DNA of 32,000 nucleotides from Mycoplasma mycoides subsp. capri (GTDB lineage Bacteria; Bacillota_I; Bacilli_A; Mycoplasmatales; Mycoplasmataceae): NCBI RefSeq assembly GCF_018389705.1, contig NZ_CP065581.1, positions 90,001 to 122,000 of the forward strand, read 5' to 3'. Shown piece by piece: positions 11,733 to 22,257 of this stretch (position 1 is its first letter; each line of letters starts with the position of its first letter). The notes under the pieces were generated by a model. It saw only the letters and a program-made list of their open reading frames with translations, ran no database searches and was not told where the DNA came from. The position numbers and the translations under genes were made by a program.

Positions 11733-13133
11733 CTACTTTTTATTTTTATTAATTAGTTCTTCTAACTTATTGATTTGTGAATCAATTTTTACTTCTTTTT
11801 GATAAGCTTCTAAATCTAAATCCTGAATATCTTTATCAAGATCTTTTATAGTTTGATCAATTATATTTTTTGTTTTAGTTTCTAGTTCAAAAAGTGAGTT
11901 TTCAAGTTGAGTTTTTTCTATAAATAGTTTATTTAATTGATCTTGATGTTCTTTTAATTTATTAGATAAGTTTTTTTGATCATTAGTAAATTTCAAAATT
12001 TCTTTTTGAAGATTTTTAAGTTCATCTTTATACTCTGAGTCAAGTTTTTTAGTTTGAGAATAAAGATTATTATTATCTAAAACACGTTTAGCTGCTATAT
12101 CTTTTTTACCATTAATTTCTTGTAGTGAATTTTGTAATTCAGAAATTTTTGATTTATTTTCTTCAGCTAATTTCTTATTTTTAGTTAGTTGTTCAAGTGC
12201 TTTGTTTTTTAGTTCTTCTTGCTGTGCTTTTGTTTTTTTGATTTCTTGTTCTTGTTTATTATTTTTAGCTATTTCTTCTTTTAAGTTATTTATATATTCG
12301 TAATTAAAAACATAATTTCTTCTATTATTTAAAAAGAAAAGATCTGAAAAATTGTCTGTAGTTATAAGATCGTTTTTAATAGTTTCTAAAGTTTTATTTT
12401 TTTGTTTGATTTCTTCTAATATTTTTTCTTCAACTGCAATAAATTGTTTGTAAGTGTCTTCTGTACTTTGTATTTGTTTTTCAATCATTGAAATATTATT
12501 AACTAATTCTATTAAAGAGCTAATCTCTTCTATTTTTTTATCTAATTGTTTAACTTCATTAAGTTCTTTTTCATAAACATCTAGTTTTTGTTTATTATCC
12601 TTTTCTAGTTGTTTAGTTTCTAATAATAATTCATTTAATTGCTCTAGTTCTTCTTTAATATCATCTATTTCATCTTCAATGGTTAAATCTTTAGTTAGAT
12701 TTTCTAATTTATTATTATTTTTTTCAATTTCTTGTTTTATTGTACTTTTGTTATTTTCAAGGTTATTTTTAGCTTCAGTTATAGTTTTTGTAGCTTTATT
12801 TTTTAATTCTAATTCTTTTTTATTATATTCAGCTTCTATTTTTAACTTTTGAGATTTAAGATCTTCAATTTTTAGTTTTAAAGTCTTAACATCATTTTTA
12901 TCAACTTCTATAAGTTCATTTTCTTTTTTAATATCTGAGTTTTTTTGATCATTAGAGTTATTATTTGGATTTTCAGAATTATTATTATTTGATTTTGTTA
13001 AGTTTTTTGTAGTTGAATCAGTTCCTTTAGTTGTCTTTATTATTTTATTATCAGAAACTTTACAAGCAATAACTAAAGTAGCTGTACTTGCACTAATTAT
13101 TACTGATCCTAGTATTGCTAATAATTTTTTCAT
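11733..13133 (-). CDS. Coiled-coil surface lipoprotein L1 (466 aa), the last member of the array
   Basis: The ORF is intact even under the standard code. The signal peptide plus lipobox reads MKKLLAILGSVIISASTATLVIAC-K. An Asn-rich linker is followed by a long Lys/Glu heptad-like region. The C-terminal module SLFELETKTKNIIDQTIKDLDKDIQDLD is shared with L2. TAG lies at 11733-11735. Confidence 0.85.
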   Translation of the reverse strand: MKKLLAILGSVIISASTATLVIACKVSDNKIIKTTKGTDSTTKNLTKSNNNNSENPNNNSNDQKNSDIKKENELIEVDKNDVKTLKLKIEDLKSQKLKIEAEYNKKELELKNKATKTITEAKNNLENNKSTIKQEIEKNNNKLENLTKDLTIEDEIDDIKEELEQLNELLLETKQLEKDNKQKLDVYEKELNEVKQLDKKIEEISSLIELVNNISMIEKQIQSTEDTYKQFIAVEEKILEEIKQKNKTLETIKNDLITTDNFSDLFFLNNRRNYVFNYEYINNLKEEIAKNNKQEQEIKKTKAQQEELKNKALEQLTKNKKLAEENKSKISELQNSLQEINGKKDIAAKRVLDNNNLYSQTKKLDSEYKDELKNLQKEILKFTNDQKNLSNKLKEHQDQLNKLFIEKTQLENSLFELETKTKNIIDQTIKDLDKDIQDLDLEAYQKEVKIDSQINKLEELINKNKK

Positions 13134-13246
13134 ATATTCACACCTATTTGATAAATCTTATTTTTCATTCAATATATTATACTAATCAAAGTTATAAAAA
13201 ATAAGACTTAAAAATAGAAGTTTTTATGGTTGTGTAGTTAATAATT

Positions 13247-13271
13247 AAAAAAAGCAAGAAAAAATTCTTAC
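13247..13271 (-). terminator. Short hairpin plus T7 after L2. This is the degenerate counterpart of the long-tract cassettes.
   Basis: The plus strand reads A7 (13247-13253) followed by GCAAGAAAAAATTCTTAC (13254-13271), with stem AAGAA/TTCTT. On the minus strand this is a hairpin followed by TTTTTTT, starting 11 nt after the L2 stop. Confidence 0.5.
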
Positions 13272-13282
13272 TTTTGTTTTGA

Positions 13283-15517
13283 TTAATAGTATTTTTCAAT
13301 TTCTTTAATGAATTCTTGAATTTGAGAAATTGCTTTTTCTAATTTAGTGATTTCATCTTCTATTTTCTTTTCATCATCATAAACTTCTCAGTCTAAATCT
13401 TGAATGTCTTGATCTAAATCTTCTATGGTTTGATCAATTGTTTCTTTTGTTTTAGCTTCTAGTTCAAAAAGTGATTTTTCAAGTTCAACTTTTTGAGATT
13501 CTAATTGAGTTATTTCTCTTTTTGCTTCATCTAGTTTTTTAATTAAACCTTCTTGAATTTTATTAGCGTCTTGTAAACCTTTTTCTAGATTTTTAATATC
13601 ATTTTTTGATGATTCAAGTTCTTTTTTGATTTCAACTATTTGAGGATTTACTTCTGATAAATGTTCATCAAGCATTTGTTTTTCTTTTGTTATTGAATCT
13701 AATTCTGTCATTAATGATGGAAGTCTATCTTTTACTTGTTTAGCAGTTATTTTTTTAATTACTAAATCATCAATTAGCTTTTGTTTTTGTTCTTCTAATT
13801 GCTTTACTAATTTATTTAATTGTTCTTTCTCTTCTTTAGCTTCTTTTATTTTAGATGGTAATTCAGATAAAATCTCATATCTTGTTTTACCAAAGTTGTA
13901 GTAGAATTCATATGAAGAATTATTTGTATCATTAGCATCAGTTCTAATAGATTCTAACATTTTTTGTTTTTCTTCAGCTTTTGCAAGTTTCATTTTGTTT
14001 TCATCTATTAACTTTTTACTATTTGTATTAGTTTCTTCAATAATTTTTTTGAAATTAGATGCAACTGCAATTAAACCTTCTCTTTCTTTTATATACTTGT
14101 CTAAATTTGTCATTCTTTTGTCTAACTGTCTAGCTGTTTCAACTTCTTTATCAAATTCTTTTTCTTTTTCACTATATTCTTTAACTAAAGCACGAGAATC
14201 TTTTAAAAGCTCGTTTATATCATCTATTGTATCTTTTGATTTAGCTATTTCATCTTCAATATTTTTTTCTATTAAATCTTTTTCAAATTGACTGATTTTA
14301 TTATCTATTTCTTCTAGTTTTTTAATTGTAGATTTTTTAGTTTTTTCAAGAGTATTTTTAGCTTCAGTTATAGTTTTTTCAGCTGCGCTTATTAGATCTT
14401 TTTCTTTTTTATTAGTTTCATTTTCAATTTTAGCTTTTGCTAAATTAAATTCATCTATTGCTTTTTTAAGTTCACTAATAGCTTCTTTATGAATTCTTAT
14501 ATTACGATCTTTAGCTTTTTGTAATTCTTTTTTAATAATTTCTTCTTGTTTTTTATTTTCAGCATCAATTTGTTCTTGAGTTAGATAAAAGTTAATATCA
14601 CTTCCTGTTGGACTATAGTTATAAACACGATTATCTCATATACTTTGAATATGTTTTTTAAATAAGTCTTTGTTGTACTTTTCAACTTTTTCTAAATATA
14701 TTTTTACTCATTCATCTAGAATTTTTTCAGCTCTTTTAACTGAATCTTTATCATAATGAATTTTAATATCTAGTCCAGTTGGACTATCACTAAATATTTC
14801 ATCAATTTTAGTTTTGATTAAATAATCTAAAAGAGCTTGATTTTCTTTTTTATTTTTATCTAAGTATTCTTTTACTCATCTATCTAAACGTTCATTTTCG
14901 CGTTTAATTTGTTCTTCAGTTGGGTTTAGGTTGATATCTAGTCCTGAAATACTATCTCTATAAATTTGTATTTTTAAATCTTTAGAAAATTTATTTCATC
15001 AATCTTTGTGTTCTTTTACAAATTTACTAAAAGCTTGATCATTGATTTTGTTGTTGTCTTTTAAGATATTTTTAACAAGTTCTTATAATTTTTTTTCTTC
15101 TTTTTCAATTTGTTCTTTAGTTGGATTTAAATTAATATCAGCTCCAGTTGCACTATCTCTAAAAATACTATTTCAGCTAATAGTTGTAGGTTTTGGTTGT
15201 TTTGGAGTTATTGGGGTTGTTTCATTTGGTTTAGTTTCGTCTTTTTCTTTTTCACCTGGCTTTGGTTTAGTTGAATCAGGTTGATCTGGTTTTTTTGGAT
15301 CAGTTGGGTTAGTTGGAGTGGTTGAATCACTTGGTTTAGTGTTTTCTGGTTTTTTATTTTCACCAGATCCACTTGGATTTGAAGAATCACCATTATTTGA
15401 TGGATTTTTGTCTGAATTTGTAGGTTGTTTAGCACTAGGAGTTTTACATGCAATAACTAATGCAGCCCCACTTGTACTAATCATTATTGAACCTAATATT
15501 GTTAGTAATTTTTTCAT
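13283..15517 (-). CDS. Modular coiled-coil surface lipoprotein L2 (744 aa)
   Basis: Fragments 15173..15517 and 13388..14113 share a frame. I translated 14102-14221 and 13283-13390 by hand and found only TGA interruptions. The protein starts MKKLLTILGSIMISTSGAALVIAC-K, followed by a Pro/Thr/Lys-rich linker, four DSxTGxDI modules and a coiled coil. TAA lies at 13283-13285. Confidence 0.85.
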
Positions 15518-15581
15518 ATATTCACACCTATAATTTTTTAATAAATTATTAATACATACTCTTAGTATTTGTATATTACAA

Positions 15582-15677
15582 TTTTACTTTTACTAAAGTT
15601 ATCAAATATCACTTTACAAAAAAAAAAAAAAAAAAAGCAAAACAACTAGTACTCATCACACTTTCTAGTTATTAAGC
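15582..15677 (-). promoter_or_regulatory. L2 5' cassette: hairpin, T19 tract and -10-like box. It probably also acts as the terminator for L3.
   Basis: The plus strand carries A19 at 15618-15636. The hairpin region spans 15637-15677 (GCAAAACAACTAGTACTCATCACACTTTCTAGTTATTAAGC, inner stem AACTAG/CTAGTT). TAAAAT on the minus strand lies at 15582-15587, 31 nt after the tract. The ATG is 100 nt after the tract. Confidence 0.55.
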
Positions 15678-15781
15678 TTTTATATTATGTTTTTTTAAAT
15701 AGGTTTTTATTAGTTTTTATATAGGTAACTTTTGAAATATTATTAACAATATTTTAAAATAAATAAATTAAATTCAATTTA

Positions 15782-17626
15782 CTATTTATTTAATTGTATT
15801 AAAACTCTTTTTAGTTTAGAAGTTAAAAGATCTGATACTCATTTTCCTTCAAAAGTTAAATATTTTTTACTTTCTTTGGTTCTATGAATTACTTTAGGAA
15901 TATATTCATTTAAAACTTTTTTATCTGTTTTTTCTAGCAATTCTTTAATTTCTTCATTTTGTTTTTTATTTTGTTTAAGTCATTCATCAAGATCAGGTTC
16001 ATTTTTATTTGTATTTGGAATTAATCCTTCTAGATCATTAATAAAGTCATTAATTGCATCTTCAGTTTCTTCTCTATCGATTTGAGCATCAATTTCTTTT
16101 TTGATTTTGTTTATTTCATCATCTCATTTTTTAAACTCAGCTTTTAATGCATCATCTAATCTATTAATTTCTTCATTAAATTCTTTACTGAAATCTTCAG
16201 CTTCATCTTTTTCAACTAGTTTATCAATTTCATTTTTAACAGCATTTGGTTCTGCTCATTCTTTGTTTTCAACATCTGTATTTGGAGTTAAATCTCTTAA
16301 ATCACTGATAAATTTATCTGTAACTTTTTTTATAAATTCTTTATGTTTTCTATTAGCTCAATCAGATTGTTCTTTATCAGTATTTGGAGTTAAACTAGCT
16401 AAATCATCAAAGAATTTAGCAATTTCATCTTCGATTTCTTCTTTTTTGATTAACTCATCAATTTCTTTTTTAATTTCGCTTGGATATGCTTTTTCATCTA
16501 ATTCTTTTTCTAAAGCATCACTAAATTTAGAAATTTCAATAAGTAGATCTTCTTCATTTTCTTTATCAATTTGAGCATCAATTTCTTTTTTGATTTTGTT
16601 TATTTCATCATCTCATTTTTTAAACTCAGCTTTTAATGCATCATCTAATCTATTAATTTCTTCATTAAATTCTTTACTGAAATCTTCAGCTTCATCTTTT
16701 TCAACTAGTTTATCAATTTCATTTTTAATTCTTGATTCTCAATGATTTATTTCATTTCTTAAAGCTTCATTTAATCTTGACATCTCACTATCAAAATCTT
16801 GAGATTCTTCTCTATCGATTTGAGCATCAATTTCTTTTTTAATTTTGTCTTCAGCTTTTTTATCTGCTCAAGATTTATTTTCAGCATCAGTATTTGGAGT
16901 TAAATCCTTTAAATCATTAATAAAATCTTTTATAGCTTTATCGTGTTTTCTATTAGCTCAATCAGATTGTTCTTTATCAGTATTTGGAGTTAAACCAGCT
17001 AAATCATCAAAGAATTTAGCAATTTCATCTTCGATTTCTTCTTTTTTGATTAACTCATTAATTTCATTTTTAACAGCACTTGGTTCAGCTCATTCTTTAT
17101 TTTCAGCATCAGTGTTTGGAGTTAAATCTCTTAGATCTTTAATAAACTTAGCTTCTGCATCCTTTTTGTTAGCTTCTTCTTTTTTCTTAGCTTCAGCGTC
17201 TTTTTTATCACTTCAAACTTTATTTTCAGCATCAGTGTTTGGAGTTAAATCTCTTAGATCTCTAATAAAATCTTTTATAGCTTTATCATGTTTTCTATTA
17301 ACTCATTCAGCTTGTTCTTTATCTGTATTTGGAGTTAAATCTCTTAGATCTTTAATAAACTTAGCTTCAGCCTCTTTTTTATCATCTTTTTTATTTTTAG
17401 AACTATAACTAAAAATATCAGCTCCAGTTATACTGTCTCTGAAAATGTCTTGTCAAGTAGATTTAGATTTGTTTATAGTAAAGTTATTTGGATCAGTAGG
17501 TTTTATTATTTCTTCTTCTTTTTTAATTTCAGAAGAACTTACATTAGTTTTATTATAAGAAACAATTACACTTGCACCTGATGAAATAATTGCTAAACTT
17601 CCTAATATTGTTAATAATTTTTTCAT
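15782..17626 (-). CDS. Secreted or anchored repeat protein L3 (614 aa). It is a family member whose signal peptide lacks the lipobox Cys.
   Basis: ATG at 17624-17626 and TAG at 15782-15784. The length is a multiple of 3, and both ends were translated by hand in one frame. It is invisible in the ORF track because a TGA falls about every 40-45 codons. The N-terminus reads MKKLLTILGSLAIISSGASVIVSYNKT. The body is made of DLRDLTPNTD..W modules and 44-aa helical modules. Confidence 0.8.
16081..16728 (-). repeat. Internal duplications in L3, in-frame
   Basis: Segments 16081..16239 and 16570..16728 match at an offset of 489 nt (163 codons). Segments near 16351-16470 and 16951-17070 match at an offset of 600 nt. 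The LTPNTD module sequence (tatttggagttaaatc...) recurs at least 7 times between 16270 and 17345. Confidence 0.8.
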
Positions 17627-17673
17627 ATATTCACACCTATATTTTTAATCTGTTTTTAGACACATTAATACTA

Positions 17674-17768
17674 ATTTTAATGATTAAAATTTATGTGAAA
17701 TATATTTTTGCAAAAAAAAAAAAAAAAAAAAACAAAACAGCTCAGTACACATCGCATATCTTGTTTTT
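17674..17768 (-). promoter_or_regulatory. L3 5' cassette: hairpin, T21 tract and -10-like box. It probably also acts as the terminator for L4.
   Basis: The plus strand carries A21 at 17712-17732, the longest tract in the array. The hairpin region spans 17733-17768 (CAAAACAG...CTTGTTTT, with loop CTCAGTACACATCGCATAT). TAAAAT on the minus strand lies at 17674-17679, 33 nt after the tract. The ATG is 85 nt after the tract. Confidence 0.55.
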
Positions 17769-17886
17769 AGAAATTATATTTTTTCATTAAATTTTAAGTC
17801 AAAATTGTATATACAATTAGCGTTAATTTTAGATTAATTTTAATAGATATTTTATTAAAAATTTAGCCTATTAAATTTAATTTATT

Positions 17887-19578
17887 TTATTTTTGAAATT
17901 GAGATACAAATTCTTCTATTTTTTTAATTAAGTTTTCTAGTTCTAAGATTTGTTTATCTATTTTGTCTTCTTTTTCAAATGCTTGTTTATCTAATTCTTC
18001 AGTTTCTTTTTCAAAGGTTAATTCAGTTTTTAAAATAGAATCTTCTAGTGTTTTAGTTAACATATTAATTGAATTTTCAATTTCTGATTTTTCTGATAAT
18101 AATTTATTTAAATCAGTTTCATATTCATTTAATGTTCTAGTTCAATAGTTTTCTGATTTAGTTGCTTGTTCGATTTCTTCTTCTAAAAGACCAACGTTTT
18201 TCTTGTATTCAGTTAAATATTTTTTATCCTTAGATACTTGATCGTTAATTAAGTGTAGATGTTTATCTATTTCTTCTTTTTCGATTTTCATCTTATTTAA
18301 TGATGACTCTAATGATGGTAAATCATTTCTTGCTTTTTCAGCTTGATTTTTATCTTTAGTTAATTTTTCAATAGTAGATTCTTTTAATTTATTTAGATCC
18401 ACTTCTATTTTTCTTATTTCATCTCTGGTTTCATTATTATTTTTAATAAATTCATCTAAAGAAGATATTATTTCATGTCTAAATGCATTCTCAAGTCTAC
18501 CATTATAAATAAATGAATCAAATTCATCGTATGAGGTTGTTAATTCTTCTTTACGTTTTTTTAGTTCTTTATCATCATCATCAAGTTCTTTAATTCAGTT
18601 TTGTTTTTCAGTAATTTCCTTATTATATTGGTCTTCAACTTTTTTAATATCTTCAGTGATTTTTTCAATAGATTCAGCTAATTTTTTATTTGTTTTGATT
18701 TCTGATTCAGTTTTTGTTATTTCAGTATCTAGTTCTTTTGCTTTAGTAACTTGATCAGTATATTCTTTTTCTTTAGTAGTATACTCATTAACTAATTCAT
18801 TAGCTTCTTTTAATCAGTCTTTTAAATCTTCTAATTCTTTTTTAGCTTGTTCTGATTTAGCTTTTAAATTTTGTTTATCAAAAACTTCTTTTATTAGATA
18901 ATTTAGTTTATGGTCGTTTTCTTGTTTTTTCTTATCTAATATCTCTTTATTTGTTTCAAAATCTTTTGTAGTTTTTCTAATATTAGTGTCTTTTAAAGCT
19001 TTTAATTCTTTTTCTTTTTTATCAGATTCTTTTCCAATAACAAATCTATTAGATCTAAGATCAATAATTTCATTTTTTAGAACATCAATGTTTTGTTTAT
19101 GAAATGATATATTGTATTCTTTATTTTTGTTTAATTCATTTTTAATAATTTCTTCTTGTTTTTTATTTTCAGCTTCAAGTTGTTCTTTAGTTGGGTTTAA
19201 GTTAATATCAGCTCCTGTAGCACTATCTCTAAAAATACTATTTCAACTAATAGTTACAAGTTTTGGTTTTATTGGAGTAGTTTGATCATTATTGGATTTA
19301 TCTGGTTTTCTTGTAGGTTTGCTATCAGATTCATTTGGTTTTTCTGGATTCACTGGAGTAGTTGAGTTGTTTGAATCAGATTCACTTGGCTTATTATTTC
19401 CAGGTTTTCTGTCTTTATCTGATCCACTTGGATTTGAAGAATCACCATTACTTGATGGTTTTTCATTTGAATTTGTAGGTTGTTTTGCACTAGGAGTTTT
19501 ATCACCACAAGCAATTACTGCAGCACTTGTTGCAGCAATTAGCCCAACAGACCCTAATATTGTTAATAATTTTTTCAT
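17887..19578 (-). CDS. Modular coiled-coil surface lipoprotein L4 (563 aa)
   Basis: The real start is the MKKLL Met at 19576-19578, preceded by AGGTG. The MNVKNRCKY extension in the track is leader sequence. The N-terminus reads MKKLLTILGSVGLIAATSAAVIAC-G and is followed by a Pro/Ser/Asn-rich linker. I hand-translated 19021-19260, and that stretch is open apart from a single in-frame TGA. Fragment 18142..18402 is in the same frame. TAA lies at 17887-17889. Confidence 0.85.
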
Positions 19579-19629
19579 ATATTTACACCTATTTTTGACA
19601 TTCAATTAGTGCTTTTTGAGCACCAAAAC

Positions 19630-19709
19630 ATTTTATCAATCAAAATTTTTAAAAAGATAAATTTGCAAAAAAAAAAAAAAAAGCAACAAGGTGTGATCGC
19701 ACCATTTGC
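19630..19709 (-). promoter_or_regulatory. L4 5' cassette: hairpin, T16 tract and extended -10-like box. It probably also acts as the terminator for L5.
   Basis: The plus strand carries A16 at 19667-19682. The hairpin GCAAcaaGGTGtgatcgCACCatTTGC spans 19683-19709 and starts 30 nt after the L5 stop. TGATAAAAT on the minus strand has its TAAAAT at 19630-19635, 32 nt after the tract. The ATG is 88 nt after the tract. Confidence 0.6.
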
Positions 19710-19739
19710 TTTTAAAAGTAATTTTCATAACAAATATGA

Positions 19740-22112
19740 TTATTTTAATTGTTTTTTCTTTTCTTCAAGTTTATTAATCATTTTTTCTAGTTTTTTAATT
19801 TTAGAATTTATTTCTTTTTCTTTTTTATTAGATTCATTATCTAATTCTAAAAGATCTTTTTTATAATTTGATTCAACTTCTGAAATTACTCTATTTGTAG
19901 ATTTTTCTAACTCGCTAATACTTTTTTGAATTTGAGATTTTTGCATTTCTAATTGAGATAATTGAGATTCAAATTCACTAACTTTTTTAGTTAATTCTTC
20001 TAGTTTTTGTTTAGAATCTTCAATCTCACCTTGAGTTCTTCTAACATCATTTTTATATAAACTAGAAAAGTTTTTTATTTTAGAAATTTCATTATTATTT
20101 TCACGTAAATAAGTATCAATCTCTTCTTTTTGTTTATTCATTTGATCTAGTGATTGAGTCATTTGGTCAACATCACTTTTTGCTTTTTCAGCTTCTTGTT
20201 TTTCTTTATTTAGCTTTGTACTTATTTGAGTATTTGATTCTTCTATTTCTTTAATATTTTTGTCTATTTGTTCTTTAACTTCAGTGTTATTTTTAATTTC
20301 TTCAGTTAAATGATCAATAAATTCGTGATTAAATCCGTAATCTTTTCTACTACTATAGAAGAATGAATCATAAAAATCAGTCTCTGAAACAAGATCTTTT
20401 TTATAACTTTCTAAAAGTTTAATTTCTTCACTAATTTCTTTAGCTAATGATTTTTGTTCTTCTGAATCTTTTTTATAAGATTGTTCTTGTTGTGAAATTT
20501 TTTCTTTAATTTCATCTAAATGACTAGCAATTTGTTTATTCTTTTTTAGTTCTTTTTCAGTTTGCGAAATGGTATCTCTTAACTTGATAGCTTCTTGTAC
20601 TTTTTGATCATATACTTTTTCAATAGCTGCATATTCATTTTCAAGTTCTTTAGCTAGTTCTAATCATTCTGTTAGTTCTTTTAGATTTTCTTCTTCTTTT
20701 TCTTTTTTATCTTTAGTGTCGTCTTGTTTAATTTGCTCTAATAGATCATTGATTTTTTTATCATATTCTTTTATTTGTTGATCTAGTCTAGCTTTACCTT
20801 CTTCAAATTGTTTTTTAGTATTCATAAGAGTAGTTTCAAATAAATTATTTAAACTATCTTCTTTTTTACCAAATTCATCTTCATTTGCTTCTTTTTCTAC
20901 TAATTGGTCTTCTATTTCTTTAGTTAATGTAGAAAGATGTTTTTCAATTTGATCTTTAGTTGGAGATCAAGAAATATCATCTCCAGTTATAGAATCAGAA
21001 TAAGTTTTAATAAATCTATTTTTTAATACAGCTTTTATTAGATCAGTATATTCATCATTAAACAATTTATTAGTATCTCTACTTGCTAAATGTTCTAAAA
21101 AACGAGCGTAGTTATCAGAATAATTTTTATCTAAAATATCTTTAACTTCTTTTTCTACTTCTTCTTTAGTTAGATAAAAGTTAATATCAGCACCACTTAT
21201 TGAATCACTATAAGTTCTAATCAATCTATTTTTTATAGCAGCTTTTACTAAGTTACTAAATTCATCACTAAATAATTCTTTAACAGTTTGACTTGCTTTA
21301 ATTGCCATTAAATTAGCAAAATTATCTTTATAGTTTTTATCTAGAATTTCTTTAATCAATTGTTCTTGTTTTTTATTTTCAGCATCAATTTGTTCTTTTG
21401 TTAAATAAAAGTTAATATCTAATCCAGTAGGACTATCTCTAAAGATTTCATCAATTTTAATTTTGATTAAATAATCTAAAAGAGCTTGGTTTTCTTTTTT
21501 ATTTTTATCTAAGTATTCTTTAACTCATTTATCTAAACGTTCATTTTCACGTTCAAGTTGTTCTTTAGTTGGATTTAAGTTGATATCTAATCCTGAAACA
21601 CTATCTCTATAGATTTGTATTTTTAAATCTTTAACAAATTTAGTTCATCATTCTTTATGTTCTTTTATGAAGTTGTTAAAAGCTTCATCATTAACTTTTT
21701 TATTATCTTTTAAGATATTTTTAACAAGTTCTTCTAGTCTTTTTTCTTCTTTTTCTAGATCTTGTTTAGTTGGATTTAGATTAATATCAGCTCCAGTAGC
21801 ACTATCTCTAAAAATACTATTTCAACTAATAGTTGCTGGTTTTGGTTTTACTGGAGTGTCTTGATTATTATCTTTTTCACTTGGTTTTGTAGGATTATTT
21901 TCAGGTTTATTAGAAGGATTAGCTGGTTCAACTGGTTTTTTTGGATCAGTTTGGTCTTTATCTTTTTCACTTGGTTTTGTAGGTTCATTTTGATTAGTAT
22001 TTTCATTTGAATTTGTAGGTTGTTTAGTAATAGGGGTTTTGCATGCAATAACTAAAGCAGCACCACTTGTACTAATCATTATTGACCCTAATATTGTTAA
22101 TAATTTTTTCAT
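19740..22112 (-). CDS. Modular coiled-coil surface lipoprotein L5 (790 aa)
   Basis: Fragments 21822..22139, 20967..21359 and 19740..20162 are all in one frame (codon starts = 0 mod 3). The start is the MKKLL Met at 22110-22112. The N-terminus reads MKKLLTILGSIMISTSGAALVIAC-K, followed by a Pro-rich linker with an internal PTKPSEKD duplication, five DSxTGxDI modules and a coiled coil. TAA lies at 19740-19742. Confidence 0.85.
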
Positions 22113-22163
22113 ATATTCACACCTATTTTTGACATTCAATTAGCGCTTTTTGAGCACCAAAAC

Positions 22164-22257
22164 ATTTTACCAATCAAAATTTTTAAAAATAGAAATTTGC
22201 AAAAAAAAAAAAAAAAGCAAAACGACCTAGTAAATATCGCACTTTTTGGTGTCTTGC
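22164..22257 (-). promoter_or_regulatory. L5 5' cassette: hairpin, T16 tract and extended -10-like box
   Basis: The plus strand carries A16 at 22201-22216. The hairpin region spans 22217-22257 (GCAAAACGACC...GGTGTCTTGC, with loop TAGTAAATATCGCAC). TGGTAAAAT on the minus strand has its TAAAAT at 22164-22169, 32 nt after the tract. The 88-nt leader is nearly identical to the L4 leader. Confidence 0.6.

Noticed and set aside
15208..15453. Alternative-frame minus-strand ORFs inside the Pro-rich linkers (15208..15453, 21848..22048, 27100..27306)
   Set aside because: They overlap the signal-peptide and linker frame, which is continuous with the rest of each gene. They have no start context and are low-complexity frame artefacts.
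16101..17408. Plus-strand ORFs rich in Ser/Leu/Phe (16101..16574 and 16845..17408). The same applies to 13995..14291, 15042..15284, 15318..15533, 17963..18148, 19292..19609, 19609..19866, 21667..21864, 23373..23837, 23871..24332, 24528..24740, 25290..25502 and 27150..27392.
   Set aside because: These are the antisense reading of Lys/Glu/Asp-rich minus-strand genes, where AAA and GAA codons read backwards as TTT and TTC. They have no ribosome-binding site or promoter. They are low-complexity and overlap well-supported minus-strand genes completely. Their repeat structure simply mirrors the sense-strand repeats.
19579..19605. N-terminal extensions MNVKNRCKY and MNVKNRCEY on L4 and L5 (also at 22113..22139), and MLYLLLYYKLLFIKGVEK on rpsT
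   Set aside because: The conserved AGGTG or AAAGGAG ribosome-binding sites sit immediately upstream of the internal Met (MKKLL or MANIK). The extensions are translated leader sequence.
19609..19623. A leader hairpin GTGCTttttgAGCAC in the L4 5' UTR as a conserved regulatory structure
   Set aside because: The otherwise near-identical L5 leader has GCGCT...AGCAC at about 22144-22158, which introduces a mismatch without a compensating change. There is no covariation support.
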